From an uncultured Bacilli bacterium (GTDB lineage Bacteria; Bacillota_I; Bacilli_A; RF39; UBA660): a stretch of DNA of 64,000 nucleotides. The translations under genes and the position numbers were made by a program. Shown here piece by piece: positions 38,021 to 46,897 of this stretch; position 1 is the first letter of the stretch; every line of letters begins with the position of its first letter. The notes beneath the pieces were generated by a model. It saw only the letters and a list, made by a program, of their open reading frames with translations, was not told the DNA's origin and did no database searches. Location: NCBI GenBank assembly GCA_934096265.1, contig CAKOLI010000001.1, positions 141,512 to 205,511 on the forward strand. The letters are read 5' to 3'.

Positions 38021-38383
38021 ATGCAAGTCAAAGAAGGTTATACCTTAAATATACTAAAAGATGAAGATGGCATTATAAGAGTAATTATAAATAGTATTAA
38101 TGATATCCTAGTATTAGAAGATACATTTGCATATATATTTCTAAGCGAATACAAATATATATTAAATTACATAGAAGCAAACTATAGTTTTAGACTAAAA
38201 CAAATAGATAACGACTACGAAGCTCTAATCTATAAAATAGAAGATAAAAAAGGTAAACTAAAACCAAGATATATAACTAAAACAAAACATAAAATTGTTG
38301 AGTACGTACTATATATGTTAAATACAAACTTAAAAGAAAGAGATAAGTTAAAACAAAACTTAACTCTAATAAAAAGGAAGTGA
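38021..38383 (+). CDS. hypothetical protein
   Basis: A 120-aa ORF tightly packed between cdd and era. No family recognised. Confidence 0.5.
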   Translation: MQVKEGYTLNILKDEDGIIRVIINSINDILVLEDTFAYIFLSEYKYILNYIEANYSFRLKQIDNDYEALIYKIEDKKGKLKPRYITKTKHKIVEYVLYMLNTNLKERDKLKQNLTLIKRK

Positions 38384-38387
38384 TATA

Positions 38388-39278
38388 ATGAAAAGTGGCT
38401 TTGTTGGCTTAATAGGTCGTCCTAACGTAGGCAAATCTACACTAATGAATAGCATCCTTGGTAAAAAGGTAGCTATTACCTCAAGCAAACCTCAAACTAC
38501 TAGAAATATTATTCAAGGAATATATAATGAAGAAGATACCCAAATAATCTTTGTAGACACTCCAGGTATTCATAAACCACAGTCTAAACTAGGTAAATTT
38601 CTAAATGAAGAAGCATTCTTCTCTATAAATGATGTAGATGTAATACTATTTGTAACAGATGTATCAGTTCCTCTAGGTAAAGGAGATCAATATATAATTA
38701 ATCTATTTAAAGAAATAACCACTCCTGTAATCTTAGTTCTAAATAAAATAGATAAACTACCTAAAGAAGAAATATTACTAAAAATAGATGAATACAAAGA
38801 TTTATATAACTTCACAGAAATAGTACCAATATCTTCTATAAAAAAAGATAACATCGATAGATTAATCGAAGTACTAAAAAAATATTTAAAAGATAACATT
38901 AGGTACTTTGATAAAAATACATATACATCTAGTCCTATAAACTTCATTATAAGTGAATTAATAAGAGAGAAAGTATTTAACTTAACAGAAGAAGAAATAC
39001 CTCACACCATAGCGACATACATAGAAAATATAGAAGACAAAAACAATGCCGTCACCATAAACGGTGTAATAGTAACAGATAGAGAAAACATAAAAAAAAT
39101 AATCATAGGCAAACAAGGCTCCATGATTAAAGAAATAGGCACACAAGCAAGAAAAGATATAGAATCATTACTAGGAAAAAAAGTATACTTAGAACTATTC
39201 GTAAAAGTAATACCTAAATGGAGAGATAAAGAAAGATATTTAAAAGAATTAGGATTTAGAAAGAGCGATTTTGAATAA
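38388..39278 (+). CDS. era: GTPase Era
   Basis: GRPNVGKST, DTPG, NKID, and a KH domain (IIGKQGSMIK). Confidence 0.95.
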   Translation: MKSGFVGLIGRPNVGKSTLMNSILGKKVAITSSKPQTTRNIIQGIYNEEDTQIIFVDTPGIHKPQSKLGKFLNEEAFFSINDVDVILFVTDVSVPLGKGDQYIINLFKEITTPVILVLNKIDKLPKEEILLKIDEYKDLYNFTEIVPISSIKKDNIDRLIEVLKKYLKDNIRYFDKNTYTSSPINFIISELIREKVFNLTEEEIPHTIATYIENIEDKNNAVTINGVIVTDRENIKKIIIGKQGSMIKEIGTQARKDIESLLGKKVYLELFVKVIPKWRDKERYLKELGFRKSDFE

Positions 39279-39316
39279 CTTTAAATAAAATGACCATAAT
39301 GATAATAGGTGATAAT

Positions 39317-39400
39317 ATGAATAAGAAAGATTTATGGAATTTATTTAAACAAACAGGCAAAATCGAATACTATCTTGATTATAAAAATAAAAGAAAGTAG
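39317..39400 (+). CDS. yqzL: YqzL-like small protein
   Basis: A 27-aa peptide, MNKKDLWNLFKQTGKIEYYLDYKNKRK. It sits between era and recO as in Bacillus. The W.(L/V)F..TG.I..YL motif is recalled from YqzL. Confidence 0.5.
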   Translation: MNKKDLWNLFKQTGKIEYYLDYKNKRK

Positions 39401-39407
39401 AGAAAAC

Positions 39408-40145
39408 ATGATTAGAAAAGTAGAAGGCATAGTTATAAAAGAAACAGACTATAAAGAAACAAGTAAAATAATAAATATCTTTACTAAAGAAGGTATCATT
39501 GGCATATTAGCAAAAGGGGCAAAAAGATTAAAAAGCCCCTTCGTAGGAGCTACTAGCAAACTAACATACGCCTATTTTCATATAAACTATAAAGAAAATA
39601 GCATGTCTACTTTAATAGAAGTAGATATCATAGATACATTAAAAAATTTAAAAAAAGATATAACCAAAATTAGTTATGCTTCCTTTATAACTGACCTTAC
39701 TTATCAAGTATATAAACACGAAAACAACAACTCTCTATACGAACTATATAAAAGCAGCATCATTAAAATTAATGAAGGCTACGACCCCCTTGTCATAACA
39801 AACATCCTAGAATTAAAATACTTAGACTATTTAGGAATAAGACCCATTATTTCTAAATGTGTCATATGTGGCAAAGATAAAAACATAATAACAATATCCA
39901 GTTATAAAGGTGGATACATATGTAAATCATGCCATACCAACGAAAAAATTATAAGCCTAAAAGCTCTAAAGCTAATTAAGATGTTTTATTACATAGACAT
40001 ATCTAAAATTACCAAAACAGATATAAGTGCTAATGTAAAAAAAGAAATCAATACTTTTATAGATGAATACTATGACAGATATGCAGGATTATACTTAAAA
40101 AGTAAAAGCTTTTTAAATAACCTATCTAAAGCTAACATTATCTAA
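39408..40145 (+). CDS. recO: DNA repair protein RecO
   Basis: An OB-fold N-terminus (EGIVIKETDYKETSKII) and a CxxC..CxxC zinc finger (CVICG..CKSCH). Confidence 0.88.
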   Translation: MIRKVEGIVIKETDYKETSKIINIFTKEGIIGILAKGAKRLKSPFVGATSKLTYAYFHINYKENSMSTLIEVDIIDTLKNLKKDITKISYASFITDLTYQVYKHENNNSLYELYKSSIIKINEGYDPLVITNILELKYLDYLGIRPIISKCVICGKDKNIITISSYKGGYICKSCHTNEKIISLKALKLIKMFYYIDISKITKTDISANVKKEINTFIDEYYDRYAGLYLKSKSFLNNLSKANII

Positions 40146-40494
40146 ATTCTAAAAGTATATTATACAACATATTGATATAGATATCATCATAAAATCTACA
40201 AGATTATTTTTAGAAGAAGCTAACTAGAAGTTATGAGTTAGTTTCTTTTTTATATCTTCTTAACCTACAAAAAAAGAAGAAATCAACTCAAGTTAATTCC
40301 TTCATTATACAATTAATCTAGCTAATTTTAAAAAATGTATTATACTAACAATTAATTAAAATCAACTAAAAAAATTATATATCATTTTTTATAAATATCA
40401 ACAAAAACTAAAAAATATAAATTTATCTATTTTACACATATCCTTTCTTTTTTCTTATAAATATTATATAATTGTAATAGAAAGAGGCGATATC

Positions 40495-41445
40495 ATGAAG
40501 AAAGTTGTTGTATTAGGAGGAGGAACTGGCCTATCAGTACTCCTAAAAGGACTAAAAGAGTTTCCCGTAGATATCACCGCGATTGTTACTGTATCAGATG
40601 ATGGCAGATCAACAGGCAGACTAAGAAGTGAATTCAATATCCCAGCAGTAGGGGACTTAAGAAATGTCTTAGCATCCCTATCCAAAGAAGAACCTCTAGT
40701 AGAAGAACTACTTCAATACCGCTTTCAAACAAGCAGTGACCTAAACAACCATGCCCTAGGAAACCTTCTTTTAACAGCTCTCTACAATATAACAGGCAAC
40801 CTAACCAAATCAATGGAATCCCTAGGCAGAATATTAAATATAAAAGGTAGAATATTACCTCTTACCGAAGACAAAGCTACCTTAATCGCACACACCAAAG
40901 ATAATGAAACCATAATAGGTGAATCTAACATCACCAAAGCGGGAAAAGTAATAACCAAACTAGAATACCAAAAAGAAATAAAAGTAACCAAAGAAGTAAA
41001 AAAAGCAATTAAAGAAGCAGACTTAATCATTTTTGGTATAGGTAGTCTATATACAAGCATTCTTCCTAATATCATAAATAGTGAAATAAGACAGTGCCTA
41101 ATAAACTCAAAAGGCAAAAAAATGTATATATGTAACGCAATGACTGAACACGGAGAAACAGACAACTTCAAAGTATCTGACTGTATCAAAACAATAAATA
41201 ACTACATAAAAGATAACTTCATAGAAGTAGTCATCGCTAACTCTAAAAAAATAGATAGCAAAATAAAAAAAATATACAAAGAAAAAGAATACAGTACCCC
41301 AATAGAAATAGATAGTGAAAACATAAAAAAACTAAACGTAGAACTTATTAGTGATGAATTAATAGTAATTAAAAATAACCAAGTAAGACATAACAGTCTA
41401 AAAACAGCCTTCCTAATATTTTCATACCTAATGAATGGAGAATAA
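40495..41445 (+). CDS. yvcK: YvcK/GlmR-family (CofD-like) protein
   Basis: VVVLGGGTGLSVLLKGLK and VSDDGRSTGRLR motifs. Confidence 0.9.
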   Translation: MKKVVVLGGGTGLSVLLKGLKEFPVDITAIVTVSDDGRSTGRLRSEFNIPAVGDLRNVLASLSKEEPLVEELLQYRFQTSSDLNNHALGNLLLTALYNITGNLTKSMESLGRILNIKGRILPLTEDKATLIAHTKDNETIIGESNITKAGKVITKLEYQKEIKVTKEVKKAIKEADLIIFGIGSLYTSILPNIINSEIRQCLINSKGKKMYICNAMTEHGETDNFKVSDCIKTINNYIKDNFIEVVIANSKKIDSKIKKIYKEKEYSTPIEIDSENIKKLNVELISDELIVIKNNQVRHNSLKTAFLIFSYLMNGE

Positions 41446-41447
41446 TT

Positions 41448-42377
41448 ATGAGTTTTTCAATGGATATAAAACAAGAAGTAACCAAACTAGATAGCACCAA
41501 AACTGAATATATAAGTGAACTTTCTGCAATAGTAAGAAATACATCTATAATTACCTCATCTAGCCTCGTAATCAACCTAGAAAACAACTCTGTAGCAAGA
41601 AGAATATATAAACTATTTAAAAACGTATATGGAGTAACACCCATAATCACAGTAAGAAAAAGATATAACTTTAATAAAAATCTAAACTACATACTAGAAA
41701 TAAAACACAAAGTAGATAAAATATTAAAAGACCTATCTATATTAGATGATCACTCTAAATATATGAATATACCTAAAAACTATATAATATCAGACGAAGA
41801 AGAAATTCGTGCCTACCTAAGAGGAGTCTTTATATCAGTAGGAAGTGTAAACGACCCTAAAACATCCAGATACCACTTAGAACTAAGCCTAGATAACTTA
41901 GAATATGCTAAATTTATAAATAACTTACTAAATAAACATTACCTAAATAGCAAAATATTAAAAAGAGAAAAATGTTACATGGTATATATAAAAGAAGCAG
42001 AAAAAATAAGTGACTTTCTAAGAATAATTAAAGCATATAATGCTGTGATGTACTATGAAGATATAAGAATTTATAGAGACCATAAAAACATGACAAATAG
42101 ATTAAATAACTGTGAACAAGCTAACATAGACAAAATCTTTATAACATCAAACAAACAAATAAAAGATATAAACATCATAAAAGAAAATGATATGTTAGAT
42201 TTACTAGATGATAAATTACTAGAAGCTATAAACTACAGATTAAAATATCCAGAAACCTCCCTACAAGAACTAAGCGAAATAATTACAATAGAAACAGGTA
42301 ATAAAATAACCAAATCAGGACTTAACCACCGCTTTAGAAAAATAAAAGATATAGCTACTAACATAAAACAAAACTAA
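41448..42377 (+). CDS. whiA: DNA-binding protein WhiA
   Basis: N-terminal MSFS..K.E. Degenerate LAGLIDADG halves (YLRGVFISVGS). C-terminal HTH (SGLNHRFRKI). Confidence 0.9.
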   Translation: MSFSMDIKQEVTKLDSTKTEYISELSAIVRNTSIITSSSLVINLENNSVARRIYKLFKNVYGVTPIITVRKRYNFNKNLNYILEIKHKVDKILKDLSILDDHSKYMNIPKNYIISDEEEIRAYLRGVFISVGSVNDPKTSRYHLELSLDNLEYAKFINNLLNKHYLNSKILKREKCYMVYIKEAEKISDFLRIIKAYNAVMYYEDIRIYRDHKNMTNRLNNCEQANIDKIFITSNKQIKDINIIKENDMLDLLDDKLLEAINYRLKYPETSLQELSEIITIETGNKITKSGLNHRFRKIKDIATNIKQN

Positions 42378-42402
42378 TTTACAAACATTTTAATAAAAAT
42401 AC

Positions 42403-42431
42403 TTGCAACTTATAACTACTTGTGTTATTAT
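42403..42431 (+). promoter_or_regulatory. promoter of LRR paralogue 2
   Basis: TTGCAA at 42403-42408, a 17-nt spacer, and extended -10 TGtTATTAT at 42423-42431. The transcript starts with the same tacataagata as paralogue 1. Confidence 0.55.
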
Positions 42432-42508
42432 TAGTACATAAGATAAGTGAGTTAAAAAATACCAAAAAATTCACAAATTTTAGATAAAAATTAATAAGAT
42501 TTTAGGAG

Positions 42509-42619
42509 TTGATAGTGATGAGCAAAGTTAACCAAAAGTGCCCTAAAACCCATATTTTACTAGGGGGGCAATTACAAAGCCTTATAAATAAAGGGCTTAA
42601 GCCTCATTTTAACTATCAA
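42509..42619 (+). other. inverted-repeat-bounded, G+C-enriched insert in the leader (candidate structured RNA / miniature element)
   Basis: TTGATAGT (42509-42516) pairs with ACTATCAA (42612-42619), and atgag (42518-42522) with ctcat (42603-42607). Inner hairpins are tgCCC..CCC..GGGGGGca (42539-42570) and aagcctt/aagggctt (42577-42598). The insert is absent from the paralogue-1 leader. Confidence 0.4.
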
Positions 42620-42640
42620 AAAAATCATAAAAAAATATAT

Positions 42641-42697
42641 AAATCTATATTAGAGATATAGCAGTTTTGCTATATTCTTTAATGTAGATTTTTTTTT
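42641..42697 (+). terminator. terminator-like hairpin + T-run immediately upstream of the RBS of LRR paralogue 2
   Basis: Outer stem aaatctatattagag / ctttaatgtagattt. Inner perfect stem atatagca/tgctatat. A T9 run ends about 14 nt before AGGAGG. Confidence 0.6.
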
Positions 42698-42721
42698 AAT
42701 ATTTAAATAGGAGGAATTATT

Positions 42722-43291
42722 ATGAATAATAACAAGAGAGTATATTTAATAATAGGGGTAATAACTATTACTATGCTAATAATGGGAGTAACCACTGCGT
42801 GGTTTACTTGGAGAAGTAGTATTAATACAGATGTAACATTTAATGTAGAAGGCTTAGATATTACCTATACAGGAGATGCTAATATTCTAAATAAAAAGCT
42901 ATATCCTACAGCCTCGATGACTAATACAGATAATGTAATACATAAATTTAGTCTAGTAACAACATCTAATATAGATATATATACTAAAATATCACTAGAT
43001 ATAATAAAACTAGATGATAACTTAAAAGATGTATCATTTAGATGGGATTTATATAAAGAAGATACATCTATTGCTAGTGGTAACTTTACCACTGCTACAG
43101 TAGGAAGTAATATGCTACTAACACCATATGAAATGATAACAACAACACCAACTAACTACACATTATATATCTGGATAGATGGAGAAAACTACAGTAACCC
43201 AATAGCCATGGGAGGCAAAGAATTTAACTTTAAACTAAAACTAGAAGCAGGGCAACAAGCATACGTAACACCTAGTACATGTTTTACGTAC
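42722..43291 (+). repeat. direct repeat copy B (matches 33840-34409)
   Basis: See copy A. The last 110 nt or so (44054-44164) also match 35235-35345. Confidence 0.85.
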
Positions 43292-44164
43292 TTGGATAAT
43301 TATGAATATACAATTAATGAAACTACATGTTTAAGTATTTATGGCAATTTATTCAATACATATTTAGGAAGCGATGCTGGAGAAATGATATGCAAAGGAA
43401 ACAAAGAAAAATATGGAGACCTTATAACCTTAACAAATGCCTACGGTGTTAGCAAAGACCAGTTAATTAGTCAAGGAGTAATAACAATAAGTGATGGAAA
43501 CAAAAATGGCAATGGTACTATAAGTATAGTGAATTATACTTGTGGTGGAACTGCAGACTCTACTTCAAAAGGAGAATACATGGATGTAGTAGTACCAGAA
43601 ACTATAGATAGTAAATCTGTTACTAGAATAGGTGCAATGTCTTTCGCAGGTTATGACTTAGAGGGAAATGCCAAGACGGGGACATTAATAAACTCTGTGC
43701 TAATACCTGACTCTGTTATCGCAATAGAAACAACTGCTTTTTGGAAAAATAACCTTGTTGATGCAACTATTTCAAATAATGTAAATTCAATAGGCAACTA
43801 CGCTTTTTATAACAATAAATTAACAAACGTAATTATTCCAAACAGTGTGACCATAATAGGAGATAATGCTTTTCAAAATAACAATTTAACAAATATAAGT
43901 ATTTCAGAAAATGTAACTTCAATAGGAGACTATGCCTTCGCTAACAACAATAGCCTAACAACTGTATATATAAACCAAAATTCCAAATTAAGCATAATAG
44001 GTAAGCAATCATTATACTCTGCTAGCTTAACTACAATATATAATCTAGGTAGTAAGTCATTAGATTGGAATTATGCTATAAATGGTTCATCAGGCACCGC
44101 TTTCGTAAGTGGTACAATAACTACTACTGATGGAAGAACAGTAACCATCACTACCAAAGAATAA
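42722..44164 (+). CDS. surface protein: TasA/camelysin-like N-domain + BspA-type leucine-rich repeats (paralogue 2)
   Basis: Same N-terminal 190 aa and C-terminal tail (GTAFVSGTITTTDGRTVTITTKE) as the 33840 gene. The central LRR cassette differs. Confidence 0.8.
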   Translation: MNNNKRVYLIIGVITITMLIMGVTTAWFTWRSSINTDVTFNVEGLDITYTGDANILNKKLYPTASMTNTDNVIHKFSLVTTSNIDIYTKISLDIIKLDDNLKDVSFRWDLYKEDTSIASGNFTTATVGSNMLLTPYEMITTTPTNYTLYIWIDGENYSNPIAMGGKEFNFKLKLEAGQQAYVTPSTCFTYLDNYEYTINETTCLSIYGNLFNTYLGSDAGEMICKGNKEKYGDLITLTNAYGVSKDQLISQGVITISDGNKNGNGTISIVNYTCGGTADSTSKGEYMDVVVPETIDSKSVTRIGAMSFAGYDLEGNAKTGTLINSVLIPDSVIAIETTAFWKNNLVDATISNNVNSIGNYAFYNNKLTNVIIPNSVTIIGDNAFQNNNLTNISISENVTSIGDYAFANNNSLTTVYINQNSKLSIIGKQSLYSASLTTIYNLGSKSLDWNYAINGSSGTAFVSGTITTTDGRTVTITTKE

Positions 44165-44171
44165 CATAAGA

Positions 44172-44206
44172 AAATAAGTAGTCACCCTTACTACTTATTT
44201 CTTTTT
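44172..44206. terminator. bidirectional terminator between convergent genes
   Basis: Perfect 10-bp stem aaataagtag (44172-44181) / ctacttattt (44191-44200), with A/T runs on both sides. Confidence 0.7.
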
Positions 44207-45651
44207 ATATATATAAGATATGGAGCCCTAGGATTAGGAGTATTATGATATTCTTCTATACAAAATCCATCTATCTTTAATTTTAAAATAGCTCTAGCTT
44301 CCTTAACACCCTCTTCATGAGGATACACTACCACTAATATAAATCCCTTATTATTTAATAACTTAATACCACTCATAATACTAGCTATAGTACTATCTTT
44401 CTTAGTAACAATACTCTTATCCCCATTAGGTAAATATCCCAAATTATATACAATTGCACTAACTTTACCTTCCATATCCCTTAACTCATCATATATATAC
44501 TCATGACTCTTATTAAATAGAGTATAGTTAGTAATATTATTATCATCTAATAACTTCTTTGTATTATAAATAGCCTTGCTCTGAATATCAAAACCATATA
44601 CATATCCTTTTCTTACAATATTAGCTAAATACAACGTATCATTCCCATTTCCTACAGTAGCATCTACGACAATATCTGATACACATATATTCTTATCTAA
44701 TATCCTTCTAAATTCATTTAACACACACTTTTTAAATCCTTGATATGTTCCTCTTCTTTCTAACTCTTTATCTATATCATTTAAAACTCCAAACTTCTTA
44801 ACTAACCAAGAAGGTTCTATCAAATCATCAATCTTAGGATCAGCGGTTATCCTATGAATAACCACCTTGGGACTTAAAAGCTCTAACTGGTCACATACAA
44901 TATTAATATATTCTTCTTTAGATAACATATGAAAATGTTCTTCTTCATACATCTTATGAAGCTTAGTACCCTTAATAATATTTAACATATGTATCTTTAT
45001 TCCATCTATCTTTAACTTATCTAAATACCTAACAGTATCTAACATCATTTCCTTACTCTCATATGGAAGACCATTTATAATATGAACAACAACATTAATA
45101 TTCCTCTTTTTAAGCTTATCCACCATATCCCTAAAGCACTCTAAACTATGACACCTATTAATAAGCTTACTAGTTTCCTCATGAATAGTTTGAAGCCCTA
45201 ACTCTACCGTCAAAAAAGTCCTCTTATTAACTTCATCTAAATAATCTAACACATCATCATCTATACAATCACACCTAGTTGCAATAGATATACCAACCAC
45301 ATCAGGAAGATTAAGTACAGACTCATACTTTTTTCTTAAAACACATACAGGAGCATAAGTATTACTATGAGCTTGAAAATACGGTATATATTTAGCATCC
45401 TTCCACTTACCTTTAAGTACCTCTTTAATCTTATTAAACTGTGTAACTAAATCATCATGAACATCTCCCCCGAATTCAGCGGACCCACTAGAAGAACAAT
45501 ATATACATCCTCCTATACCTACCTTACCATCAATATTAGGACAACTAAACCCAGCATTTAAACTAACTTTACATACCTTAGAATTAAACTTATTCTTATA
45601 AAAATAATTTAATGTATGATACCTCTTATTATCTAAACTATATTTAAACAT
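44191..45651 (-). CDS. fusion of TIGR01212-type radical SAM protein (YtqA/MnmL-like) with class I SAM methyltransferase (YtqB/MnmM-like)
   Basis: The N-terminal half has CPNIDGKVGIGGCIYC and the radical SAM TIM barrel. The C-terminal 190 aa has a VVDATVGNGNDT SAM-binding motif. Confidence 0.75.
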   Translation of the reverse strand: MFKYSLDNKRYHTLNYFYKNKFNSKVCKVSLNAGFSCPNIDGKVGIGGCIYCSSSGSAEFGGDVHDDLVTQFNKIKEVLKGKWKDAKYIPYFQAHSNTYAPVCVLRKKYESVLNLPDVVGISIATRCDCIDDDVLDYLDEVNKRTFLTVELGLQTIHEETSKLINRCHSLECFRDMVDKLKKRNINVVVHIINGLPYESKEMMLDTVRYLDKLKIDGIKIHMLNIIKGTKLHKMYEEEHFHMLSKEEYINIVCDQLELLSPKVVIHRITADPKIDDLIEPSWLVKKFGVLNDIDKELERRGTYQGFKKCVLNEFRRILDKNICVSDIVVDATVGNGNDTLYLANIVRKGYVYGFDIQSKAIYNTKKLLDDNNITNYTLFNKSHEYIYDELRDMEGKVSAIVYNLGYLPNGDKSIVTKKDSTIASIMSGIKLLNNKGFILVVVYPHEEGVKEARAILKLKIDGFCIEEYHNTPNPRAPYLIYIKRNK

Positions 45652-45749
45652 AAAATCACATCCATAAGTATTATAACATCAAATTAATTTCTTTACACAT
45701 AATAAATATATTTTTATCTAAATAATCCATACTACTAATAGGTGATACT

Positions 45750-46841
45750 ATGGATAATTACAAAAAATACAATATCTTTCTTGGAATATCTTCCTTATCA
45801 AGAAGCATACTAGATATATTTTCATCAGTATTCCTATACCAAAAAGGCTACAGTATCAAAAACATAATGCTCTTCTATGCTATCTTATACTTATTTGGTA
45901 TAATAGTAAACATTATCTCTCTAAGAATAGTTAAATATATAAATGGTAAATATATATTAATACTATCATCACTATTATTTGTCTATTCTTTCTATTACTT
46001 TAACACTATCTCTAACAATATAACTAATTTAATAATATTTAGCTTATTACTATCAACATCATCATACATGTATCACTCCATGAGACACTACTACGCTATG
46101 GAAATACTTCCTAAAGAAAATAAATCTAGTAAAACATTCTTAATACTAATAATTAGCTACATACCATTAATAATATCTCCATATATAGGAGGATTTATAA
46201 CTGATAAATATGGACTATATATAACCATGATAATAAGTGGAATACTATCTTTAATAGGCATAATCCCTATCCTTAAAATAAATATATATAAAAACCTATT
46301 CAAAGAAAACAAAATAACCAAAGTACTAAAACAAATCCCACGTAGTAAAATGACCTTCTTCATCCTAGAACAATTTAAAGTAATATTTATCACCCTTCAA
46401 CCTCTATATCTATACTTATATATAAATAAAGATTTAAAATACGTAGGTATCTTTAACATAATACTAGGTATAGCATCATTAATATGCATATACATATTTG
46501 TAAAAAGTATAAAAATAAATAAACACTTCTTAATCATAAACACTATATTTACTATAATTCTACTTCTAAAATTAAATATCTATAACAACACTATCCTCCT
46601 AGTATTAGCCTTCTTTGAAGGCCTATTCTTAAAAATATATGAAACCCTAAGTCTAACTAATATATATAACAAAGATAAATCAGACATAATTAATTACCTA
46701 AGCATATGTGAAATAATATTTTGCTTAGTAAGAGGCTTAATCTGTATAAGCTGTATTTTCATACAAGATATAAAAATAATTATGTATATAATGATTTTAG
46801 GTATATTCCTTTCATCATTTCCTAAATTAGACTATAATTAA
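45750..46841 (+). CDS. polytopic membrane protein, MFS-like transporter
   Basis: About 10-11 hydrophobic helices in two halves. No strong signature motif. Confidence 0.45.
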   Translation: MDNYKKYNIFLGISSLSRSILDIFSSVFLYQKGYSIKNIMLFYAILYLFGIIVNIISLRIVKYINGKYILILSSLLFVYSFYYFNTISNNITNLIIFSLLLSTSSYMYHSMRHYYAMEILPKENKSSKTFLILIISYIPLIISPYIGGFITDKYGLYITMIISGILSLIGIIPILKINIYKNLFKENKITKVLKQIPRSKMTFFILEQFKVIFITLQPLYLYLYINKDLKYVGIFNIILGIASLICIYIFVKSIKINKHFLIINTIFTIILLLKLNIYNNTILLVLAFFEGLFLKIYETLSLTNIYNKDKSDIINYLSICEIIFCLVRGLICISCIFIQDIKIIMYIMILGIFLSSFPKLDYN

Positions 46842-46897
46842 ATTTACAACCACAAAAATACATGATATAATAAAACTAAGAAAGAAAGTGGTATTAA

